Part shown: one piece after another, positions 1-10,708 of the stretch
How positions within the stretch are numbered: the stretch's first letter is position 1
Layout: each line of letters opens with the position of its first letter
NCBI GenBank assembly: GCA_000934665.2
Contig: KZ539207.1
Coordinates: 1-33,533 of the forward strand
Source of the DNA: Catajapyx aquilonaris
Taxonomy: Eukaryota
Length of the DNA: 33,533 bases
Reading direction: 5' to 3'
Program-made: the position numbers and the translations under genes
The notes under the pieces: model-generated
The model's database searches: none
Told to the model about the DNA's origin: nothing
The model's input: only the letters and a program-made list of their open reading frames with translations

Positions 1-2262
1 TCTCCAGAAAAATGAACTTCCTCCGGATTTTCTTCAGCCTTTTCCCTCTCCCCTCTGCCCGAACCTCCCCCCCCCCTCCTTCTTCTTCTTTTAAACTTCC
101 TGAGCATTATTTAAAGCAGTCGGCCTGCTGCCTTGATTAAGAAGAACGATAATGCAAGCTCCAGCCGACCCTTTTTATCGGAGGAAAACAAGCGCCAGGG
201 TATATAAGAAAAGGAAGAGAGAGAGAGAGGGTTGGAGAGTTCCAGAGAGAGAGAGAGAGAAGGAACCTCTCCTCTTAGGAATAAAAAGTACTGCCAGGAG
301 AATCTGGCGCCCTCTTGAGTTATGCCTTGCAACTATAATTATTTTTAAAAGATATATATTGCAGTCCAATTTACTCTCCAGCAGTTCCCTCTGATCGCAC
401 AAATGTTCAGGTGCTCGTTGCGAGTACACCGTACCATCATAAGCAAAAACAAAAATTGCACGAGAAAATTTGGCAAATTGCAGCCGAAATTATCAGTATT
501 TCCAAACGTAAGTTCAGACAAAAATAATTCAATGGCGGTTACAGATATTTTTTAAGCGTTATTTCGAAGCCCAAATAACTTTCCCCCACAACAACCCCCC
601 CCCCCCCAAAAAAAAAGTGGCAACAATTTCACACATCGCGCATCATCATACTATTGAATGACTATAAAGGTCGACACTTGTGGGTCCCTGTCAGAAAGGT
701 CAGAAATAAGCAGCTTGGAAATGCCATCATATAAAATTCTAATCAGGCGATTAATTTAAATATTCCATTATTCAGAGCTTGAACTGAATATATCCCTACT
801 TCGGCTTGGGGGTATCGTACATGCAACTCTGATGCTGCATTCGGGTCTATTAGGGGGGGGGGGGTCTCCCTCGGAATTTTACTTATTTCGGAAGGCATCA
901 CAGCAATTGTGCGAATGTAGAACCACTTATTTAAAACGGCTTCTTTGTCATTGCCATTTAGTAAACATTTTTTCCCCCCCCCCTGTAGGACGCGATCTTC
1001 ATGCGATTCAAGGTTTAAGTGATATTGACAATTTTGCTAATAATTGTTTATAGTGCAGCATCCTTCAAAGATGGCCTATATCATGTCTTGGGAGCATCCG
1101 ATCACGTTCGAGCCACACGAAGTTTGCTTGTGATGTATAAGACGCTGGCTTTTTCTTCTCTCCAGAGATATAACCAGCAGAGTGTATATGTTAGTGTGCA
1201 CATGAGAGAAGAAGTCTCTCTCTCTCTTTTTACCTCTTCTCTCTCCGTTGCACACCCACCCACACACACTAAAAAAAAAAAAGAAGAGAGGATCTTGCGA
1301 GTGTGGCAGCAGCCAGTGAGTTTTTGGGGGTGATCCCCCGCAGCGACCGCAGTTATATCCTTATTTATGTATTTATTTATGGGAGTGAGCTTTGCGCCCC
1401 TCGCCCTCTGCCGCCGCTCAAAGGAAGCAATTCCGCGCGTAAAGCTCTCCGGGAGTCGGCACTGGCTTTGAAGTACTAAGGGCGGCCTGGGCCCTTTTCG
1501 GGTTGGGCTCCAGCTATATACACGCAGAGGAAAAGAGGCTGCGTGCCATGTAGCTATCAATATGTACAGAGAGGCCAATTCGACACACCCCATGTACATG
1601 AAAATGTGGACAGATTTAATAATTATCCTGCATGTTGTTGGACATATGCAGTGTGGTCCTAAGCTACAGTGTGTCTATTAGAAATTCTAATAAAGCCTAG
1701 GGTGGGCGCCTGCTGCTGCTGCTTCTCTCTCTCTCTCTTTCTCCATCCGCCCCCGCCCCTTGGACTTCTTTGCCATTGGATCCTCCAGCCTGGGATGGGA
1801 GGGGCGACCCCCTTTCTTCACCAAACAAATCCTGCTCCTTGGCTGCCCATTGGATGCCCTCCCCAAGCTAACCCCTCTGACACTACACCCCTTCCCACGT
1901 CACACCATCTTACAACAGAAATGTGGCCTATATATAAACCCCCTCCAGCACTTGACTCTCCAACCCACAAAACCACCTGCGGGGGCATCACCAACCAATT
2001 CATGCTCGCCAATGCTATGTTATATATATAAAGTAAACAAATTGTTCATTATACTGGACTGTCATGGTTGGGATAAGTCAGATTTCAGAGGTGGAGCATT
2101 TTTTTTTTTTCATTTTTTTCCCCCCCTTCACTTTTTCCCTCTCTCTCCATCCTAACACACACGGCGTGTTACTCTCCCTTTTCCAACACTCCCTGGCTGG
2201 CTGCCTTTCCTTGGCTGAAAAATATGCAAATCCAGGCAGCAGCCGCCTCTGATGAGTGGAGG

Positions 2263-2276
2263 GCACAGGTGGCGCA
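2263..2276 (+). promoter_or_regulatory. Isolated CTCF-like core
   Basis: GCACAGGTGGCGCA; lacks the accessory blocks of the composite modules and overlaps an E-box (CAGGTG). Confidence 0.35.
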
Positions 2277-3040
2277 GGCTGCCGTTCGATCTTGGGGGCC
2301 TTGGTTCGGTTGGCTTTGCTGCCAAACCCCGAGTTTCTAGGGCCTCTCTCTCTCCCTCCCCACCTCCCTCTGTGCATGGTGCTGGAGAAGAGAGTTTTAC
2401 AACTGTCGCGGCGGATTTCCACTTTCTCTTGCTCATTTCCTACCTTCCCCTCCAACCATAGCTTTGTCTCGTGCTAATCCGGTCCCTTTACCTAATGGTA
2501 TTGGCGCACCCCGCACTTCCCTATCTTCAAAGAAAAGAGGCCAGCAGCAGCAGCAGGAAAAGCGATTTTATCATTTACACTTTGCACTGTACTATCGGGG
2601 GTATAAAGTTTCGAACCTCTCTAGTGCGCTTTGTGGGATGGTTTTCAAATTAGCGCAGAAATTTCTGTGGGAAGTTTGTTCAACTTCTTCTCTTTTTTTT
2701 AAACCCCCTCCCTGGGTTGCAGCAGCCATGGAAATGAGGTAGTAAATCCGAGATCAAGTGACAGAGGCAGTGGCCATTAGTTCTCTCCCTCTTCTTCCCC
2801 CCCACAGCAGCATCCCCTACTGTATATATACGTACTATACCCTTTTGAGTCTAGTAAGAGCAGGGCGTCGAGTCATTTCGACTGCGTTACGCCCTCTGCT
2901 CCTTGTTGAGGCTGCGATTGTTGCCTCTCTCAGCATCAAGGGAAAAGGGTTTTTGCCTGGCTGGCTTTGGCGAGATCCTATACTGCGGAGCTACCCAAAC
3001 CTTATATGTATACACACACATGCCAGATCAGGCCAGTACT

Positions 3041-3225
3041 AACCGTTGCCGAAATTTGGCAACACTTATCAGTTTCTTCTAAATACTATTTCTCTCCATC
3101 GAATGTTTGTCCGGCCCGCGAAGGCCTATTCACCACATAGTCCTATTCGTCACGCATAGATGGCGCACCCTTCCCCTGCACAGTCCTGCCACTCTCAAGT
3201 CGTGCGAGTGATAGTGGTACTACCA
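3041..3225 (-). promoter_or_regulatory. Composite module copy 1 with CTCF-like core (candidate insulator)
   Basis: The - strand reads GTAGTACCACT...GTGGCAGGACTGTGCAG-GGGAAGGGT-GCGCCATCTA-...ACTATGTGG...GTTGCCAAATTTCGGCAAC, the same block order as copies 2 and 3. On + the core is GCATAGATGGCGCA (3154-3167). Confidence 0.6.
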
Positions 3226-5898
3226 GATCGGACAAACATCCGACAGTATACGAACAACCATTATTAAAATGCAATCAACATTGTTATGACAGAAAATGTT
3301 GCTTCGATTTTAAATGGTTGCTGAGTTGAACTCTGTATATACATGCACCTGATACGATTTGTACAGATGCATAGATAGTCACGTGAAAGGGGGGGGGGGA
3401 AACACCTGTTTGAGTAGTTTTGACTAATGTAGAGGTAATTACGAGGGTTTTAGTATAGGGGGGGGGGGAGTGTCGAATAAAGAATCATCCAACACATTAC
3501 CATAGCCGCAGAATCAGCTCGGCCCAGTTTAAAACGCTCAAGTGCAAACGGGTTGAATTATGCAGGTTTTTAAGCTCTCGGGCTAAGAAGAATTAATTGC
3601 TCGTTATCCTCATCATCACTGAAGCTTAAACCCGTATATAAACCCCCTTCAGCACACAGATCTAAACAATGGAAAATTGACCTGTAAGATCTAATACGTG
3701 AACTTTGACAATTCGCAGTATTGCACATATACGACACTTCAATGTACGTTGGATTAAAATTTATATGCACATAAATATTGCTTGTTATATAATAATGGCC
3801 GGAAGGAGTAGTTCAATTTAGTTTTATAACCTATTTCGAGAAATTTTTTTACCAACCGCATAGATGAATAATTACTCGACCAACCTATATATACGAGGTA
3901 TAAAGGTTAATTTTGTCACCAGAATAATAGAATAAATTCCTCCTGATTATGCTGGCTAATTATAATAATGCAGATTTCGAATTTGTCCAATGAATAAATA
4001 AATACGAAAGAAAGTTGCATGTTCCGGTAATGTTTTTTTTTTGTATTAGGCCTACCTATAACAACACACGTATATGTGCCTGCTGCCATTGTTACTGATT
4101 CAAATCGTGATAACTTATTTTGGGGAGTTAATATTGGACCACCCTGTGCGTTATGGTGTGTCAAACTGTATACTCGGTGTTTTATTTTTAATTATATATT
4201 TTTTTTCAGGGGGGTGTCTCCGCTTCGATGAAAGTCTTGAGGGCCTGCTTAAAATCCTAATTAATGTAAACGCACTAAAAACGAGGGTTGAGTTTGCAGG
4301 TCTTGGGCATCAAGTTGGGGGGTGTTGGTTATTATATACAGAGGGGGGGGGGGGATTGTTGAGACGGCATAAAAATCCCTGGAGGCAGGGTTGCCAGCAC
4401 GTGGGGCTCGTTTCTCTCTAACATGATTAGCAGCAGGCGAGAAAACCTCATCCGCATTAATAATGGATCTTGCCTTTTTCGCAAAAAAGGTGCTGCGGGA
4501 TGCTCTGCCCTTCTTCTTCTTCTTAACTTATATTTCGTACCACCTCTCTCCCCAACTTTCTTTTTACCTCACCTTCCCATCCCGCACCTCCTCCCCCATT
4601 AATTACCCGTAAGGCTGCGCTGATTAAAATGCAAAAGTGGCTCTCCAAAAATACGCGCCGGCTGCCTTCGTTATAAAAGTAATATCCCGCCGCGCCGCCC
4701 TCAATAATGGCTCTTTAATTAACTCCGGCCTCTAATTGTGAGTCTCTCGCCTCGCCCGCTGATTGGCGCTCTATACACCCAAAAAAACCCAACGCCATCA
4801 CCATAACTTCCAATGCACTCTACTACATACTATATACGAAGGAGACTTCAATGCTCGAAGATCCCCCGCTGCAAAATCCTCCAGCATTTTGAGCCCCCAA
4901 AAGAAAAGTAATGGAATTTTACGAGGTCCCATTTTACACAGGTATGCCTCAATTATTCATGCGAAAATGAGCATCCGAAAAGTTGGCTCCCAAGACAAAA
5001 AGAAAGTGCTCGTGTGAGCGAATTGCTTATAAGTTCAAACACGCAATTTTCGATTAATTATTATTCAGGCAGTGGTTGCTAACTCGTTTGTTTGGTCAGC
5101 ACAGCGTAAGAATTTCCAGTGCGTGTAATGTACAGGTTGCTTACAGAATTAGCTCTGTACAGTGCCAGTTTGCTGCACTTTCAAGGACAACGACATCATA
5201 CACTGTAATAATTACAGCATATACTGGGTTCACTGTTATTGAGGGGAATTTTCGTCCCACTGCTAGTTTTATCTTCTGGTCAGATAATCGACCTACATAA
5301 TATAGTGAACTCACTAATTTCCTTAATGGCCAACGCCTGACAACAACCTTTTAATGGCATTTGAATATCATTGCTGCCTGAGACTCTTGATATATGTGGA
5401 CACACATAAAAGAATTGGTGAGAATGAGACGGGTTTTTCGGGAAGAGAGAGAGAGAGAAGATAGATAATATATATAGAGAGGAGTGTTTGGGTTAGAGTG
5501 TTGGATCGAAATGAATCCTGCTGGTCCTGCACTTGACTCCGCCCTGGCACTCAATTAACCCCCTCCCGAACCCGCTCGGATTGGCCCAAAGGACTTTGAG
5601 AGTCGGAGAGACGGAAAGGAAATCGGGGAGATAGTTGGGATAGGGAGAGAGAGAGAGAAAATGTTTGCTTTTCCCTCAACCACACTGCTACTACCACACC
5701 CATCAAGCAGCACCCCCAACCTATTCTCCACATCACCTGTTAAGTACACATATAGGCAGACCTGACCATAGCGATATACAATGTGGTCTGGGATTTGGAA
5801 AATCTGTATAGGCCAAGCTCAGCCATGTATTCCACTAGTTTTCAGCACCAAAATATAATTCCTCTATAAATTATCACGGGTTTAAAAGTCACTCTCAA

Positions 5899-6112
5899 AT
5901 TGGCCGGGAAAATGGGGCGTGGCCTAATGGGCGCATTCCCACTCCTGCCTGACCACAGTGACGTCAGCAGATCGGTTCAATGCTTTACTTGGCGGTCGTT
6001 CGATTCCGTTTGTATAGACGCGCCAATAAAACAAACAAACAAACAAATCCGCCCGCCGGGGTGCGTTCTTGCCTCTGTATACCGATCTGTTTAGCAACAG
6101 TGACGTCAGTGG
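5899..6112. promoter_or_regulatory. Promoter-like motif cluster (CCAAT, GC box, two CREs)
   Basis: ATTGG (5899), GGGGCGTGGC (~5914), TGACGTCA (5959, 6101), GCCAAT (~6022), (AAAC)n forkhead-like run, CCGCCC (~6049). Confidence 0.5.
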
Positions 6113-7334
6113 GCAATACGATACCGTATTTTAGATCGATCGTAGCTCGAAAACTAATACGTATTTCTTCAAACTAAAAACACCAAAATTTGTTTAAAAA
6201 TTAGGACGATCTTTTACATGGGTTTGCAAAAATTTGAGGATGTATAATAGGACCTAATTTCATTTGGTCGCACAACTTACCATCACTAGATGGGTTCGTG
6301 TCTCTCACTCGCGTTGAAATCTCCATTATAGTTACGTCTCTGGAGTTGAAATAATGCGAGTGATGTCGTTTTTTTTTGGTAGACGTTGCAGGTACATAAA
6401 AAGAATGTAAATTATGGATGTCTCCTCCCTCCTTTTCCACCCTCATGTGGGGAAAGAAGATTCCCGCACAACATTTTTGAGTGGTAAGGCCGCAAATCCG
6501 GCGCCTTGTCTGCCTCCCTCCCCCTCTCCCATAGCTCTATCTCCCACCTTCCCCTGATCCTCTTTGGGGAAAAATCTGTTTACCCTCTCCCCCCCCTTCC
6601 CTCCCTTCCCTCTCTCTCTCTCTCTCCTTCTGGCTCTGCTGCCTCTGCTCGCCGTCTCCATTTGCATAGCAGATGGAAGGAGCGGAGAGCAGCTCGCAAA
6701 TCCGAATAAATCATACCTCCCCCACCCCCCTCCATTCCCCCCCCCTTACCCCCTACCGACGCCATTCTCCCAACAGTGGCCCCGTGACGTCACTTTTGTC
6801 GACCGCCATATTTGCTTCTTCAACTTTTCTTTTGCTCGCAAAACTTTTCTGAGCTCCGCATACCCATTAAAGGGATGAGGCCCTCCCAGCATGCAATCAA
6901 TTGGACCAACAACATATATACATCGAACTCACTTTTTCATCTGGGGAGGATTTATGCCTTTAAAAAAAAAAAGTTTAAAAAAGAAGTTTTGTGCTCGGTT
7001 CGCATCCGGACTCCGTATATTATACACAAAATGGATCGTATAGTTTATTAGGAGATGAAATTGTGGGGGCGATTACAGGAACGGACAAGCTTTCATAAGG
7101 CTTTTTAATTAAGGGTTTCGCTGAGGTTTACTCTCGGTTTAATCCGATGTGGACTTTTCGGATCAAAACCATGGAGGGGGGAGGAGGGGGAAATTATTGT
7201 TGCTTCTCCGACTGTGAATTGATCGTTTCAAAAAAAAAAAAAAATGAGCTACATTCGGCAACCAAGTCACCAGTGTACTATGGGCGACTTAAAGTCTGTG
7301 TCTCTGTCCGGGGCGAGTCATCACCTAGGTGGAA

Positions 7335-7432
7335 ACGATGTGACGTCACCAGTCCATCCGGCTCTTCCCTCCAATCATGTCCACAAGCATGATACTGCGC
7401 ATGCTCAGAAAACACGGCTGGTGTGACGTCAT
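7335..7432. promoter_or_regulatory. CRE / CCAAT / NRF1-like cluster
   Basis: TGTGACGTCA twice (CREs at 7341 and 7424), CCAATCA (7371) and TGCGCATGC (7396). Confidence 0.45.
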
Positions 7433-7454
7433 ATCGTTCTTTGGTTTAACGAAC

Positions 7455-7597
7455 TGTAGTACCACTACCTGCCGCAGAAAGTGGCAGTAGTGTGCAGAGA
7501 GGGAGGGTGCGCCACCTGTTAGAGAAGTAAGATACTATGTGGACAGTTTATTATACATAAGTTAGTACTATAGCGCACCCGTAGCCAAAATTTGGCA
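7455..7597 (+). promoter_or_regulatory. Composite module copy 2 with CTCF-like core (candidate insulator)
   Basis: TGTAGTACCACT...GTGGCAGTAGTGTGCAGAGAGGG-AGGGT-GCGCCACCTG...ACTATGTGG (7534)...GCCAAAATTTGGC (7584). The core on - is TAACAGGTGGCGCA (7508-7521). Confidence 0.6.
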
Positions 7598-8913
7598 AAA
7601 CCCTCGGCCTGATGATTTAGTGCCTTCATCAGAAGGTGGCAGAACTTACCACTTCTGGAGCGTTCCAGAGGCGAAAGAATAAGGCTATTATTATAGGGGG
7701 AATTTTTTAATCGACAAAATTTAAGCCTGGTAATAAGTGAGCGATGGCTGTACCTGGGATTATGCGACAAGAAATGCACGTAGCCCCCAGCTGGGATTGA
7801 AGAGTATATAGGACCGGGTTTGAGGTGGAAAGGGTCCAATCGGAATCTGGCCTTTTGTTGTTTGCCTTTGCGATCCTCCCTCCCCATCTCATCCCTCCCC
7901 CTCCCCCCCTCATGCCCCCTGACCTCCCCCTCCCACCACCACCACCACCACTCCACGCCATCCGGGGTCCTAATTGTGTTATCCCAAGCCAGCTAAGTAG
8001 AAAAAAAAGTTGGGCGATTGGATTCGCGCTCCCTTTGCAAATATTTGCACGCGGCTGGGAATGGGGGGGGGGGACAGTGGGGGTGGGGTGGAGGGCACAC
8101 TAGTGGGGAGAGGAGGAGGAGGAGGAAAAGGGGGGGAGGGTCAGCCTCTGGCTGGACCCTCCCCAACTTCTCTTTCCTCCTCAGTTAATTTTCAATTGGA
8201 CGGTTAAGAGGCGGGGAACAAAGTGCTGTTTCCAACATTTTCTCTCCTTCATAACCCCCCCTTTCTCGTCCTCCATTCCCTCACTCTCCCCCCTATACCT
8301 AACCACGCTTCACTTCACCTTTTACCCACTCACTCTCCAAGAAAAGCGCTGCTCATGAATATTCATCGTGGGGCGTGAATCTAAATATTTGCAAACATAT
8401 TTTATGACTTTTCTGTATCGAGTCGCAGCCGCTTAATGATCTCCCTCCACTCTTCCTCCTCCTTCCCCTCCCCCTCACTATGGTTTTCTTCGTCCATTGT
8501 TGCCACATTGCATACATATGAACTCTTCTGCTTTACTGGCCAATATTGGAATTTATCCGTTGGGGGTCACATTGGATGGGGGGATATTTTGGATGTGGGT
8601 GGGTGGGTGGGGGAGGTGGGTTAAACAAAAAGAAAAAAAAAGTGTGCGACCCATATCCCGGAATATATGAATAAAAAATGACAACACGATTGTTTATGCA
8701 GGACAAAGCCTACATTGGGTTGTTCATGCATGTTTGCTTTTTAATTACACGCATTTTGTGCCCGGGTTTTTAAACGTTGGACAGCACTGCCGTTGGAATT
8801 ATCCGGATCTGTGCTCATAGCCTCAAATTTTGGGAAAAACTGGGGTAGAGTTTGGTACACATTGTGGCAAAGCGGTTTTTAAAATGTTCGTAAATTAAAA
8901 AAATACATTATAT

Positions 8914-9448
8914 GGGTCATTCCACGCGAAAAGGAACCGCATCAGTTTTGGTGAAAAGTTAAAGTTTAAAAGCAATTTTCTTGCTATTTAAACGGTATTT
9001 ATGTGGAATAACACCTATGAAGATTAGATGAATCAGACCCATTCTCTTAAAATATTTTTATTCAATGACAAAAAAATGTCAGTTAAATATACTTTGTCCC
9101 GTCCGTTAGTTAAATTAATTATCACTGTACCAATCACATGCAACAACTTAATATTGGAATGAACCTATCTTGTTCTACAAACATACTGGAAAATTTATTT
9201 CTGAAATGTTCAAGAGAACATCTATATAGTTTTGCTATTATATCTGCTACAATTCGTAAGCATGTTTATTTCTCGTCCCGTCCGTTACCCGTACGTTAAT
9301 GTAATTAAATCACCATGTTAAAACATAAATATTACCAACATCTGATTGCCCTTCCAATGTTACATAATGCACTTTATGAAACCAATACAGAATTTATATT
9401 TGTAAACACAATATCCACATTTTTTTTGTCCCGTCCGTGGAATGACCC
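8914..9448. mobile_element. Non-autonomous DNA transposon (MITE), possibly Sola-type
   Basis: Perfect inverted termini GGGTCATTCCACG (8914-8926) and CGTGGAATGACCC (9436-9448), flanked on both sides by ATAT (8910-8913, 9449-9452). AT-rich non-coding interior with GTCCCGTCCGT three times (~9096, ~9275, ~9428). A 4-bp AT-rich TSD with G-rich ends resembles Sola elements; the superfamily call is tentative. Confidence 0.8.
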
Positions 9449-10575
9449 ATATGTGACACTTGGTGACAATAATGTTTCCAATCGTCACCTGGTCGATTTT
9501 TTTTAAAATAATAAATTCATGGCTCCCAGATGAGGGGCTATAGAAGAGAATGTTAACGAGGTTCTTTTAAGAGATCCCCCCCACCTGTATAAAGAGAGTT
9601 GATTCCACAGATGTCGCAATTCTTGCTTGCTTTTTTCCTCCCCTCTTTTCCTTTTTTTCCCTCCCTCTCTCTCTCTCTCTCCCTATTTTCGCAAGCAAAT
9701 CTGCCTCTTGTGATGAGTGAGTGAGTGGTGAAAGAGCTCTGCCCCCGCAATTAGCAACTCCTTCTCGGTTTCCAGGGCGACAGGCCGGGAAGGCCCATCG
9801 CCATGACGACGACGACACCTTCAATCCTTTTCCTCTCTTTTTTTGGGGGGAAAGGGGGAGGGGGCAAAAAAAGAGAGAAGAAGTCCGGATGATCCAGCTC
9901 ACAACCCGGATAATCCCGAATGGTTGCGAAACACCCTGTAGTATATACTAGCGGACTTTGTCATGTTCGTCTGGGGCTGGGATGGTGGACAAGCTGGCGG
10001 GGCACTGGCAAAAGGACCAGGAAAAGGAACCTTTTTGGAGAGGGGGGGTTGGGAAGTAGATGGTGGGGGGAGGATGGGGGTGGTACAAGAGGGGAAGAGA
10101 GAGGGGGGGGGGCTTCGGGATTTGCCCGGTTTCCACCCCCTCCCATCCCCCCCCCCTCCATAGCCCTACCCTCCCCCACCGTCCCGACGCCCGGATCCGG
10201 CTCGTGCATATTCAACAGCTATCGGATCGCGGAGACATTTGCAATGCAGATGGCGAAAAACCGTGACGTTATCAGTTACGGGGGAGGGGTTTTTTGGGGG
10301 AGGGGGTGGTTGGAAGGGGGAGGATGGGAGGGTTTCTCTTCTCAAACCAAGGGGAAGGAGGGGTATATGGTGAATGGGGGGGGAGAGAGAGAGAGAGAGA
10401 GGAAGATGACGCACGCGAATTGGTGACTTTTATCTGGCCAACAACCTGCTGTCAATAGGAAAAAAATATATATTGAACCCATTTTACATAGATGTATCTG
10501 TATATAAAACACAGCAGGAAATGCTGTACAGAAGTGGTTACTTTGTTTGACGCGTTGACTCATCACCAACGTGCA

Positions 10576-10708
10576 TGTAGTTACCACTTTCCCAGTGAGG
10601 TGGCAGTAGTGTGCAGAGAGGGGGGATGCGCGCCATCTGGTTGTCGCACATCACACTAAGTCCAAGTGTGGCAGTATTGCCAAATTTTAACGACAGGTTC
10701 GCTACTAT
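10576..10708 (+). promoter_or_regulatory. Composite module copy 3 with CTCF-like core (candidate insulator)
   Basis: TGTAGTTACCACT...GTGGCAGTAGTGTGCAGAGAGGG (23 nt identical to copy 2)...GCGCCATCTGG...ACTAAGT (10655)...TTGCCAAATTTTAACGACAGGTT. The core on - is AACCAGATGGCGCG. Confidence 0.6.

Noticed and set aside
2249..2285. Hammerhead ribozyme (CTGATGAG)
   Set aside because: No stem II followed by GAAA. CTGATGA hits near 7609, 26817 and 32322 also lack the core.
2735..2756. let-7-like start TGAGGTAGTA
   Set aside because: Only 10 nt match and there is no precursor hairpin. I also recognised no Hox-cluster miRNA (miR-10, miR-993, iab-4).
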